Assembly (NCBI RefSeq): GCF_000803625.1
Contig: NZ_CP007496.1
Coordinates: 330,001 to 362,000, forward strand
DNA: 32,000 bases
From: Candidatus Nanosynbacter lyticus
GTDB taxonomy: Bacteria; Patescibacteriota; Saccharimonadia; Saccharimonadales; Saccharimonadaceae
Direction: 5' to 3'
Below the pieces are notes generated by a model. It was not told the origin of the DNA. It saw nothing but the letters and a program-made list of their open reading frames with translations, and did no database searches. The translations under genes and the position numbers were made by a program. Of the stretch, positions 1 through 7,628 are shown in pieces; positions within the stretch are counted from its first letter, which is position 1; each line of letters starts with the position of its first letter.

Positions 1-966
1 TGAAATGAATTTCTGCGTCCCACCTTTTGTTTTACTGAGTACGGCCCTGCCAAAATAATCTGACTCAAGCAATGTTTTTATGAACGTATTAAGAATTACG
101 GAATCGTCTTTAAATTTAATTAGTGCTACATTTTTGATGGCGAATTCCTTGTCGGTATTTACAATAATAGGATTGCCAACAGTGCCAATCATAGGCATTA
201 AAACATCACCGACATCGACCTTGGATCTTTTATTAATCTTGACATAATCTTCTTTCTGGATTAAATTACAGGTCGAAAAATCTATTTTCCCATCGCATAT
301 ATTTTTTGATGTTACGAGCGGATAGCCTGCATTGTGATACTTTGGTGAATCATGAGTACCGTCGCGTACATCACAGACATTTCCGAGTTCAACGATTTCG
401 CCAAAGTTATCATCAAACATCTCGACAAATCGGGCTTTGATGAGCTCATCTAATGCTTCGATCTTTTTCTTGTCGTGTGTAATTATCTCGGAGATAACAT
501 CAAGTGTTCTAACGATTTTGTTTTGCTTTTCTACGGATTCGCATATGCTAATTTTGAAGTCGCTAAATTGCGTTTTATTAATAATCGGAACGACCGGCGC
601 GTTCGCTATAGCCTTCAGTTGTTTTCGATTGGCATAGATGGCATATGCCAAGTATTTTGGAATAATTGCTTCATTCGGAACGATAGCATTTATCTGTTGA
701 TTAAACGAGACTTCTTCTTCCGTTATGCCGACTCGTCCTATTTTCCCAATACACGTGACAAGTATACTATTTGCTGGTACTATTCTAGAAACGTTTTTGG
801 CGCTGGCGGAGATATACTCATTTGCACTAGATATGACACATAATTCGTCTTTTATCACATCCGGTTTAATAAACTTGATGTTTCTATTACTCCAATATTC
901 GTCGACCTTTTTGCTCGGAGTATTTCCCGTAAATATCGTACCCAATTCTTTCAGTCTTACCTTCAT
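1..966 (-). CDS. hsdS: Type I restriction-modification specificity subunit HsdS (3' end runs off the window)
   Basis: My own minus-strand translation from the ATG at 966 gives MKVRLKELGTIFTGNTPSKKVDEYW...NQQINAIVPNE...VRDGTHDSPKY...GTVGNPIIV...IKNVALIKF...GGTQKFIS. This is the two-target-recognition-domain layout and motif set typical of HsdS. The frame stays open to position 1. It is absent from the ORF track because no stop codon lies inside the window. Confidence 0.85.
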   Translation of the reverse strand, partial: MKVRLKELGTIFTGNTPSKKVDEYWSNRNIKFIKPDVIKDELCVISSANEYISASAKNVSRIVPANSILVTCIGKIGRVGITEEEVSFNQQINAIVPNEAIIPKYLAYAIYANRKQLKAIANAPVVPIINKTQFSDFKISICESVEKQNKIVRTLDVISEIITHDKKKIEALDELIKARFVEMFDDNFGEIVELGNVCDVRDGTHDSPKYHNAGYPLVTSKNICDGKIDFSTCNLIQKEDYVKINKRSKVDVGDVLMPMIGTVGNPIIVNTDKEFAIKNVALIKFKDDSVILNTFIKTLLESDYFGRAVLSKTKGGTQKFIS

Positions 967-973
967 ATCGTAC

Positions 974-1141
974 CTACAAATCCGGATTTGTTTCGTTTAA
1001 TAATTTTTCAAGTTCGGTCAGACTTTCGGAAGCTTCACGATCTAATTTCTTAATCTCAGCTATAATTTCAGAAGTTGGTGGGTATTCAACTTTCTCGTAT
1101 TCGACTTCCTTATATTTGTTGATCGTTAGGTCATAGCCGTT
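974..1141 (-). pseudogene. hsdM: C-terminal 55-codon stub of a type I R-M methylase (HsdM). The rest of the gene is missing.
   Basis: Minus-strand translation gives NGYDLTINKYKEVEYEKVEYPPTSEIIAEIKKLDREASESLTELEKLLNETNPDL*, which resembles HsdM C-termini. A TAA at 1142-1144 lies immediately upstream in frame. The sequence beyond it has no HsdM-like reading frame. Confidence 0.6.
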
Positions 1142-1380
1142 TTAAGGCAGTAGAATAGGCGCCAATCTCACCGAATAATTCTAAAAACTTTCGTACATTC
1201 CCCTAAAAGAGGTACTCGGCAGTATAAGCCGGAGTAGATATAGTAAAAAGTTATTTTCAAGTCTTCGTAAGAATCCTTTCGGTTAAAATTATTATTCTTT
1301 GTACTGGTGGGCCACCACTCTGAATTTAATGCACTAAGAAAAGACTTGTATATCGGGTTTCCTAGGACGATTCTCGTATG

Positions 1381-1418
1381 AGCAAAAGAAGGCTCGCAAT
1401 CTTTCGATCACGAGCCTT
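1381..1418 (-). terminator. Hairpin plus U-run downstream of tRNA-Thr(GGT)
   Basis: The stem aaggctcg (1389-1396) pairs with cgagcctt (1411-1418) around a 14-nt loop. On the minus-strand RNA it is followed by cuuuugcu. Confidence 0.45.
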
Positions 1419-1431
1419 AAATATCTTATTG

Positions 1432-1507
1432 TGGAGCCACGATCGGGGCTTGAACCCGAGACCTCATCCTTACCATGGATGCGCTCTACCAACTGAGCTA
1501 TCGCGGC
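1432..1507 (-). tRNA. tRNA-Thr (anticodon GGT)
   Basis: The reverse complement GCCGCGATAGCTCAGTTGGTAGAGCGCATCCATGGTAAGGATGAGGTCTCGGGTTCAAGCCCCGATCGTGGCTCCA folds as a cloverleaf. Acceptor is GCCGCGA/TCGTGGC, anticodon stem CATCC/GGATG with loop ATGGTAA, T arm TCGGG/CCCGA, and CCA is encoded. Confidence 0.9.
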
Positions 1508-1554
1508 GTAACAGGCTTAATTTTAGCACATTAAGCCGTGTTTAATCAACTGAG

Positions 1555-1848
1555 TCATTTTTTACGAGTGGATTTCTTGGTTGGCGTACCGACTTCTTTT
1601 GGTAGTTTCGGCGTGACAAACGCTTCTATTATTCCCCACGCTATGCTATTGACCAAGAAAGTAACGAACAATATTCCTGAAGCTGATGCCGCCAAGTGCG
1701 CCGATGAGGCGTTAAATAATGTCAATAATCCCGCCGCAGTTAGCCCAATTATAGCCAGCATAATATAAGCGTATTGTAATTTCAATCGTTGGTTTTTTTC
1801 GCTATTCCATAATGTAAGAATAGATTTTGTAAATTCAAACATATCCAT
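1555..1848 (-). CDS. Small hypothetical membrane protein (two predicted TM helices, Lys-rich tail)
   Basis: ORF track 1555..1899. I prefer the start MDMFEF/MFEF (1848 or 1842) because a TG-extended -10 (TGTGCTATTAT, plus-strand 1849-1859) sits inside the longer ORF. Hydrophobic stretches are YIMLAIIGLTAAGLLTLF and GILFVTFLVNSIAWGII. I recognise no family. Confidence 0.5.
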   Translation of the reverse strand: MDMFEFTKSILTLWNSEKNQRLKLQYAYIMLAIIGLTAAGLLTLFNASSAHLAASASGILFVTFLVNSIAWGIIEAFVTPKLPKEVGTPTKKSTRKK

Positions 1849-1859
1849 ATAATAGCACA
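1849..1859 (-). promoter_or_regulatory. TG-extended -10 box (TGTGCTATTAT on the minus strand)
   Basis: The reverse complement of ataatagcaca. It lies directly upstream of the MDMFEF/MFEF start codons. Confidence 0.4.
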
Positions 1860-1934
1860 TATGCTTATAAAAGTCAATATTACTACTTTGCGCTATCAAA
1901 AAGTCGCCCCAAAAAGGCGACGATGATTCAAATT

Positions 1935-2019
1935 TGGTGCTGGAAGTAGGACTCGAACCTACGAAGCCTTACGGCGGGAGATTTACAGTCTCCTGTGATT
2001 GCCACTACACGATTCCAGC
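1935..2019 (-). tRNA. tRNA-Tyr (anticodon GTA), class II with long variable arm
   Basis: The reverse complement is GCTGGAATCGTGTAGTGGCAATCACAGGAGACTGTAAATCTCCCGCCGTAAGGCTTCGTAGGTTCGAGTCCTACTTCCAGCACCA. Acceptor is GCTGGAA/TTCCAGC, anticodon stem GGAGA/TCTCC with loop CTGTAAA, and T arm GTAGG/CCTAC. Confidence 0.9.
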
Positions 2020-2025
2020 GTAATT

Positions 2026-2102
2026 TGGAGCCGCTTCTCGGACTCGAACCGAGGACCTACGGTTTACAAAACCGTTGCTCTAGCCAGCTGAGCTAAAGCG
2101 GC
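2026..2102 (-). tRNA. tRNA-Thr (anticodon TGT)
   Basis: The reverse complement is GCCGCTTTAGCTCAGCTGGCTAGAGCAACGGTTTTGTAAACCGTAGGTCCTCGGTTCGAGTCCGAGAAGCGGCTCCA. Acceptor is GCCGCTT/AAGCGGC, anticodon stem ACGGT/ACCGT with loop TTTGTAA, and T arm CTCGG/CCGAG. Confidence 0.9.
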
Positions 2103-2144
2103 ACTGGATTTATTTTAGCAATTTTTTAACATCGTGACAATAGC

Positions 2145-2831
2145 CTACATGACAATTTTTCGTGGCTGATGGATTTTGCGCTGTTGGCGCGGCCGTGGAG
2201 TGCCGACAGTTTTTTGAGCCGGCGCAGATGGCGTTAACATCTTAGTGGCCTTTTTACGTAGACCTTCAGCAAGGTCTGCTTGACCAGAGTTTTCATAAGC
2301 TTCCGCCAATATCTTAAGAGTTTGTGGAATTGGCTCTAGCTCAACGGCCTTTTCTAGTGCGTTTATCACCTTTTTCGTATTTCCAATTTTTTCTTGGACT
2401 TTAGCGTAGGCGATGTAGCGAGCCGCCAAGTCATCTTCCATCTCCAGGGCTTGCTCAAAGGCTAATGAAGCCTTTTCATAATTTTCGGTTTCATAGTAAA
2501 TCAGACCAACGTTATGAAGGCTTGAGGCGCTTGGCTCTAAGCTTTGGGCAATCTCAAAACACTCGATGGCGTCTTTATAGGCGCGTTGTTTGGCGTATAA
2601 AATGCCTAAGCGATTATAGGCGGTGGCGTTCTTTTCGTCGACGCGCAAGATGGTTAGCAAAGCCTTTTCTGCTCGTAGATATTTATTTTCGCGAATTGAA
2701 TCTTGGGCAATTACCCACAACTGATCAAGCTTTTCGGTAATTTTAGTTGGCAAATCGCCAGCATCTTTGATTGATGGATGATAAAAAATCGCCCAAATCA
2801 TTAGGATTAGAATGAGGAATAGTCCAAACAT
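2145..2831 (-). CDS. Membrane-anchored TPR-repeat protein
   Basis: ORF track 2145..2852. It has an N-terminal TM helix (FGLFLILILMIWAIF) followed by repeated A..Y..LG..Y....Y..A...F..AL TPR-like units. The start at 2831 (MFGLF) is preferred because a TGTGCTATAAT box at 2841-2851 lies inside the longer ORF, and this start removes the overlap with holB. Confidence 0.75.
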   Translation of the reverse strand: MFGLFLILILMIWAIFYHPSIKDAGDLPTKITEKLDQLWVIAQDSIRENKYLRAEKALLTILRVDEKNATAYNRLGILYAKQRAYKDAIECFEIAQSLEPSASSLHNVGLIYYETENYEKASLAFEQALEMEDDLAARYIAYAKVQEKIGNTKKVINALEKAVELEPIPQTLKILAEAYENSGQADLAEGLRKKATKMLTPSAPAQKTVGTPRPRQQRKIHQPRKIVM

Positions 2832-2840
2832 ATCTATATC

Positions 2841-2851
2841 ATTATAGCACA
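2841..2851 (-). promoter_or_regulatory. TG-extended -10 box (TGTGCTATAAT on the minus strand)
   Basis: The reverse complement of attatagcaca is a perfect extended -10 consensus. It lies 9 nt upstream of the ATG at 2831 with no Shine-Dalgarno sequence between them. Confidence 0.5.
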
Positions 2852-3651
2852 AGTTGCATCAGCGCTAGTCTGACATTAGCGTTTGAGTTTAGTGCTTTAC
2901 TGACGATTGTAGCCTTATTGAGCTGTTTTTCTAATGTTGAATTCATGCCATGAGATAGGGATTGAAAGCGAATCATGTTGATAATGATATCTGTGAGGAT
3001 TAGCGCTTTCTGGCGGTCGGTAAAATATTTTGCGATATTTTTTAAAGTAGTATATTCCTGATTTGTGGCTAAAATTTGCTTTGCGTCAGTGGCTAGCTGT
3101 CTGTATTCGGCGAATTTGTCTGGGTTCTCTGCTAGCTGACGAATCAGTAGCGGCCGACCGGCAGCCAAAAAGAGGATTTGCTGGATGGTGGCGGAGTCCA
3201 AGTTGTAATTTTCAAGCAGTTTTTTGTCCTGGACTGATGATGTTTTATGAAGTGTAAGGGTTTGGCAGCGAGATTTTATTGTGTCTAGCATTAGTTTTGG
3301 ATTTTTTGCAATAAGGATAAAGATGGTGTTTTTATTTGGTTCTTCCAGAGCTTTTAACAGTGCGTTTTGGGATGATTCAGTCATCAAGTCCGCCTCGTCA
3401 ATAATAATAGTTCGGCGATTTATGGCGTAAGTTCGTAATTTAGCAATGAGATCACGAATTTGCTCAACGGATATGGATTGTTTATCTGGAAGCGGAGTTA
3501 AGCGGAAAATATCACTATTTTTAGCTATTTTTTGAGCCACGCTTTTACCGTCTAGCCCGTAGTCTGCCACAATTAAAAGTGCGTGTGGCGGCCTAGCGGT
3601 GATTTGGTCGATTTTCTGGACGTCTTGGGTTGAGACAATAATTTCAGACAC
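2842..3651 (-). CDS. holB: DNA polymerase III delta-prime-like clamp-loader subunit
   Basis: The translation contains HALLIVADYGLDGKSVAQ (a degenerate P-loop position), IIIDEADLMTESSQNALLKALEEP (Walker B / sensor region), IFILIA and TIKSRCQ (the SRC motif). These are typical of clamp-loader delta-prime/gamma family proteins. Confidence 0.8.
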   Translation of the reverse strand: MSEIIVSTQDVQKIDQITARPPHALLIVADYGLDGKSVAQKIAKNSDIFRLTPLPDKQSISVEQIRDLIAKLRTYAINRRTIIIDEADLMTESSQNALLKALEEPNKNTIFILIAKNPKLMLDTIKSRCQTLTLHKTSSVQDKKLLENYNLDSATIQQILFLAAGRPLLIRQLAENPDKFAEYRQLATDAKQILATNQEYTTLKNIAKYFTDRQKALILTDIIINMIRFQSLSHGMNSTLEKQLNKATIVSKALNSNANVRLALMQLVL

Positions 3652-4796
3652 TACAATTCCTCTGGAAATAGCTGCTTGAATTCTTCTGGAGTGGCCGCTT
3701 CAAATGTTTTCCTCTCGCCAGATGGCAATGTGATTTCTAACTTCTGGGCGTGAAGCATCAGGCGGCTGGCGTTCGGTTTGCCATAAACGCGGTCGCCGAG
3801 GATTGGTGTGTTCAGGTATGCCATATGGACGCGGAGTTGGTGGGTGCGGCCGGTGGTGGGTTTAAGTTCAATGAGCGCCCGAGTGTCAGTCGCCGCCAGT
3901 ACGCGGTAGGCGGTTTGGGCGGGCTTACCATTCGGGTCGACACGGAAGGTGCTGGGCGCGGACGGGTTGCGGCCAATCGGTAGGTCAATCTTTGCGGCGG
4001 CTAATTTCGGTACGCCGTCGGTCGCCGCGAGGTAGGTTTTTTTGGTGGTGCGCTGGGCGAATTGCCGCTGTAGATGGGCGGCAGCGTCAGGATTTTTAGC
4101 GATAATCAGCACACCCGAAGTGTCGCGGTCGAGCCGATGGACGATGCCCGGCCGATCGGTGTCTGAGGCAAACGAAGTCTTGGGGCGAATAATTTCCGCT
4201 ACTGTCGGCTCGGTCGATAGTCCACCTTTGGCGTGGGTTAGGAGTCCGCTCGGCTTATTTACTACCATCACGTCGTCGTCTTCGTATAATATCGGCAGTT
4301 CTGTACTCGCCTGCTCCTGTTCTGGCAGCTTGACGGCGATCTCGTCAGTCTCGTCGACCTCAAACTTTGGCGTCGTTACTACTCGCTGGTTGACTGACAC
4401 GTAGCCGGCTTTGATGTATTTTTGCCAGAGGCTGCGCGAAATTGACAGGTCAAATACCGTGGACAAGTGGACGTCCAGGCGCTGTTTGGTTGGTACGATG
4501 TGGAGCATGATGACGAACTTGCCTTGAAACGGCGTCTCGGTGCAGCTCGAATCAAGCGGATTTGGTAAAATTTCGGCGTTGGCGGGCCTGTCAGGCCACA
4601 GCTCGTCAATTGATTCTTCGTCGACAATTGAGCCGTATAGTACGGCGAAATGTTGCTTGTTCAAAATAAATTCCGCCACGATGTGCGATTCGTCCGTCTG
4701 AACCTTCAAGCGGCACAAGGCCTTGACGGGCGTATTGTCATCTGCCAGTTGGTATAGCCTGGCGATCTTGAGGACGGTGCGCGGCGAAATTTTCAC
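3651..4796 (-). CDS. rluD: RluA-family (RluD-like) 23S rRNA pseudouridine synthase with an unusual N-terminal extension
   Basis: An S4-like segment RLDVHLSTVFDLSISRSLWQKYIKAGYVSVNQRVV is followed by the catalytic HRLDRDTSGVLIIAKN and HQLRVHMA motifs. The ORF-track start at 4838 overlaps the trpS 3' end. Alternative starts are a GTG at 4796, 11 nt after the trpS stop, and an ATG at 4508. Confidence 0.85.
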   Translation of the reverse strand: MKISPRTVLKIARLYQLADDNTPVKALCRLKVQTDESHIVAEFILNKQHFAVLYGSIVDEESIDELWPDRPANAEILPNPLDSSCTETPFQGKFVIMLHIVPTKQRLDVHLSTVFDLSISRSLWQKYIKAGYVSVNQRVVTTPKFEVDETDEIAVKLPEQEQASTELPILYEDDDVMVVNKPSGLLTHAKGGLSTEPTVAEIIRPKTSFASDTDRPGIVHRLDRDTSGVLIIAKNPDAAAHLQRQFAQRTTKKTYLAATDGVPKLAAAKIDLPIGRNPSAPSTFRVDPNGKPAQTAYRVLAATDTRALIELKPTTGRTHQLRVHMAYLNTPILGDRVYGKPNASRLMLHAQKLEITLPSGERKTFEAATPEEFKQLFPEEL

Positions 4797-4806
4797 GCGG
4801 GCGTTC

Positions 4807-5919
4807 CTATCTCCGCAGCCCCACGGCCGTTTGGACACGGTGCAAGGTTTCGTTGGCGACGATGTTCATATCGTGTTCGCTGGACTCTAGCTTACTCTCA
4901 ATTGCCTGATCATCAACTGCCGCCAAGCGCGCTTGGAAATTCGCTAAGAATTCCGCTACTTCATCAGCTACGATTCGCTTAAAATCGCCGTAGCGCTCCA
5001 TGCCGGCATACTCGCTGATGGTCTGTTCCAAGCTGACGTCTTTTCCAGCATCCTGGCGTACCAGTGTTAAAACCTCTAGCAGATTGGAAATGCCCGGCTG
5101 GTTGTCGCGGTCGTATTGTACCTTACCCAATGAGTCGGTGGTGGCGCTCATGATTTTTTTGTGGGCTGCCTCTGGCTCGTCGCCAAGGAAAATGACGCCC
5201 TTGCCGCTGTCGTCGGATTTGCTCATCTTTTTGGCCGGGTTCATCAGATCTTTGATCCTGAGGCCTTGGTCGTTGCCGAAGAATTGGTGCTGCTGGGCGA
5301 CCGGTTTTGGTACGATGAATAAGTCGCCAAATTTGCGGTTCATCCGCTCGGAGATGTCGCGGGTAAATTCCAGGTGCTGCGTTTGGTCGTCGCCGACTGG
5401 CACGTAGGTGGCGCCGTAGAGCAAGATGTCGGCGGCCATCAGGACTGGGTAGTTGAAGAGACCGACGGAAATACCTGTATGAACTATATCCTGCGCTTTC
5501 TGTCTACTAGTTGGTAGGTGAATTTTACTGTCAATCTCATCAAGAAATTTGTGTGATTTATCTTTAAACTGCGTCATTCGACCCATCTCTCCAAATCCAG
5601 TGAAACAGTCCAAAATCCACGCTAGTTCGCTGTGTGCCGGGACGCGGCTTTGGCGGTACAAGTGAATCGCCTCATTATCTAGCGGCAGTCCCGCGGCGGT
5701 ATAAATTCGTGCGTTATTTAAAATGCTATCGTACAACTTGCTGTGGTCAATCGGCGTGGTGAAGCTGTGTAGATCGGGGATGAACAGATTGATATCAAAA
5801 TCGGACGAGCGGCGCTTCGCCATATCGACAATCGGCAAAATGGCACCAAAATAATTGCCAATGTGAATATCGTTGTTGGCGCGCACGCCAGTGAGGATGA
5901 CGGGTTTGGATGGTTTCAT
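4807..5919 (-). CDS. trpS: Tryptophan--tRNA ligase
   Basis: It carries the class I signature HIGNYFGA (HIGH) and KMSKS (in PAKKMSKSD). Overall length and composition match TrpS. Confidence 0.92.
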   Translation of the reverse strand: MKPSKPVILTGVRANNDIHIGNYFGAILPIVDMAKRRSSDFDINLFIPDLHSFTTPIDHSKLYDSILNNARIYTAAGLPLDNEAIHLYRQSRVPAHSELAWILDCFTGFGEMGRMTQFKDKSHKFLDEIDSKIHLPTSRQKAQDIVHTGISVGLFNYPVLMAADILLYGATYVPVGDDQTQHLEFTRDISERMNRKFGDLFIVPKPVAQQHQFFGNDQGLRIKDLMNPAKKMSKSDDSGKGVIFLGDEPEAAHKKIMSATTDSLGKVQYDRDNQPGISNLLEVLTLVRQDAGKDVSLEQTISEYAGMERYGDFKRIVADEVAEFLANFQARLAAVDDQAIESKLESSEHDMNIVANETLHRVQTAVGLRR

Positions 5920-5926
5920 TAGATAT

Positions 5927-5935
5927 ATTATAACA
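5927..5935 (-). promoter_or_regulatory. TG-extended -10 box (TGTTATAAT on the minus strand) 7 nt upstream of the trpS ATG
   Basis: It is the reverse complement of attataaca. There is no Shine-Dalgarno sequence between the box and the start codon at 5919. Confidence 0.45.
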
Positions 5936-5946
5936 CCCTTTGGCTA

Positions 5947-6441
5947 TTAGTAGGCGTGAAATGGTGGAGTATAATTCTGTAAAATTGTCCTCAAGCTCAC
6001 ACTATGCCGAAAGTTTATGTCGTCAATCTTATCCAGATCAACCCACTCCGGCATGCCGTTGGTGTAGGTTTTTTCGCTGTCGGTTATGTTGTCGTTATTG
6101 ATTTGCCCGTGCAGCTGGCTATAGGTAAAGTACAGCTAGATTGACTGGTTGGCTTGCGCCTCAGCGTTGCGTTTGAAGAAAGTAGTTGCTTGGTGAATGA
6201 TTTTATCCGGCATGATGGTTAGTCCAGTTTCTTTCTTAATTTCGCGGATAATTGATTCCTCAACCGTTTCGCCCTTCTCGACACCGCCGCCAATCAAGCT
6301 ATAACCGTCCCATTGCCGAGTTAAAAGAATCTTATTATCCTCAATAATAACTGCGTACACGCCGACGCGAATGTTTAGTTCGTCAACGGGAACGGTGTAT
6401 TGATTGCCGAAGACGTCTTTGCAGATGATGGTTTTAGTCAT
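5947..6441 (-). pseudogene. Nudix hydrolase interrupted by one in-frame TAG (6136-6138)
   Basis: ORF track 6136..6441 carries the Nudix box GGGVEKGETVEESIIREIKKETG and ends at TAG. The same frame then continues for 62 more codons (LYFTYSQLHGQINNDNITDSEKTYTNGMPEWVDLDKIDD...PPFHAY*) to a TAA at 5947-5949. The two parts together give a normal ~164-aa Nudix length. Confidence 0.7.
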
Positions 6442-7034
6442 GAGGTTATTCCCTTCAGATAATCCCTCAGCATCGCAAACCCATCAACCGTTTCAATTGC
6501 CGCCAAATATTCTTGCCACTCTTCATCATTCAATTCTGCCAAACTGCGGCCGGGAAATCTCGGATGCCCATAAATATATAGCAATTCCGTCCAGCCGTGC
6601 AGATTGTCGCCGCGCGGTTCATCGATAATAAAGCCCTCTTCGTCCACCACGAATATATGATCTTCCGCGCCGTCAAAATAGCCAACCGCAAAAGAAAATA
6701 TAGCCCTACGATCAGTTTCGCCTTGCATTAACTTGATTATGCCGGGATAGCTAAAACTATCCAGTAGCAATTTAACAAACGGCCCCGGAAAACCTTTCAG
6801 GGCCAGAATGAAAAAGCCACGATCATCAACGATTAGTCGCTTGTTTGGAAAAGCTTTCTTGGCTTGAGATAGTTTACTTTTGGCAATTGTTTGAATATCC
6901 AGCCCTCGCCCCTCGTCAAAATCATAGTCGAGCTGCCGTAAATCAACACCGAGTGGCTGGAGGAGCTTCTGGAGGCTGGCGAACTTTTTGTGATTGGAAG
7001 TTACAAAATAAATTAGACTATTCCTGTGCTTCAT
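6438..7034 (-). CDS. Ham1/ITPase-family (RdgB-like) nucleoside-triphosphate pyrophosphatase, divergent
   Basis: IYFVTSNHKKFASL matches the ATGNxxK motif position and LIVDDRGFFILALKGFPGPF matches the DDSGLxVxALxGxPG motif position. Its stop overlaps the Nudix start in an ATGA arrangement. Confidence 0.7.
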   Translation of the reverse strand: MKHRNSLIYFVTSNHKKFASLQKLLQPLGVDLRQLDYDFDEGRGLDIQTIAKSKLSQAKKAFPNKRLIVDDRGFFILALKGFPGPFVKLLLDSFSYPGIIKLMQGETDRRAIFSFAVGYFDGAEDHIFVVDEEGFIIDEPRGDNLHGWTELLYIYGHPRFPGRSLAELNDEEWQEYLAAIETVDGFAMLRDYLKGITS

Positions 7035-7049
7035 ATTGATAAGTATACG

Positions 7050-7625
7050 TTAACTAACGCCCTTTCGCAGATTTCTAATGCTCGTATCATAAGGGGTCTT
7101 CCATAATTCACCATCAATGTTCAGATTTTTCAGGAAACTATACATTTGTTGTTGAATATTGTCGGCATTTGCGTCGTCCTCAGCCAAAACCTCCAGCTCG
7201 ATAAACAACCCCAGCCCAGCAACTTCATCGACACAAATCGTATAGTCCTCAGTTTTCGATTCAAGGCGGACTTTATCAACCGTGACAACCTCTTGCCAAC
7301 CCAGCACTGTAAGCATTTGGCGTGCCATGTCGCCACTATCAACTGCAAACTCATATTCATCAGATACTAATTTCGCCTGCCTTTCGATTTTTAGCGTCAT
7401 AAAGCTCCGCTGCAACTCACCGGTTTTTGGGTCGAGGACGTCGCGTATTCGCATAATCTTTGAGCCAGGAATAATTGGAGCGTCAACCTGTTCGGGTAAT
7501 AGAAAAACCGTATCGATTTGGTGTTTGATTGAGATGGGCACGACAAACTGATTTTCTAGGACCGCAATGAGCTTGTCGCGAGTCATGTTGGCTGATAGCT
7601 TGAATTTGGATTCGATTTCAATCAT
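7050..7625 (-). CDS. CYTH-domain protein (triphosphate tunnel metalloenzyme / class IV adenylate cyclase-like)
   Basis: It has the N-terminal ExExK signature (MIEIESKF), MRIRD, and a C-terminal VDEVAGLGLFIELEV segment. These are typical of CyaB/ThTPase-type CYTH proteins. Confidence 0.8.
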   Translation of the reverse strand: MIEIESKFKLSANMTRDKLIAVLENQFVVPISIKHQIDTVFLLPEQVDAPIIPGSKIMRIRDVLDPKTGELQRSFMTLKIERQAKLVSDEYEFAVDSGDMARQMLTVLGWQEVVTVDKVRLESKTEDYTICVDEVAGLGLFIELEVLAEDDANADNIQQQMYSFLKNLNIDGELWKTPYDTSIRNLRKGVS

Positions 7626-7628
7626 GGG

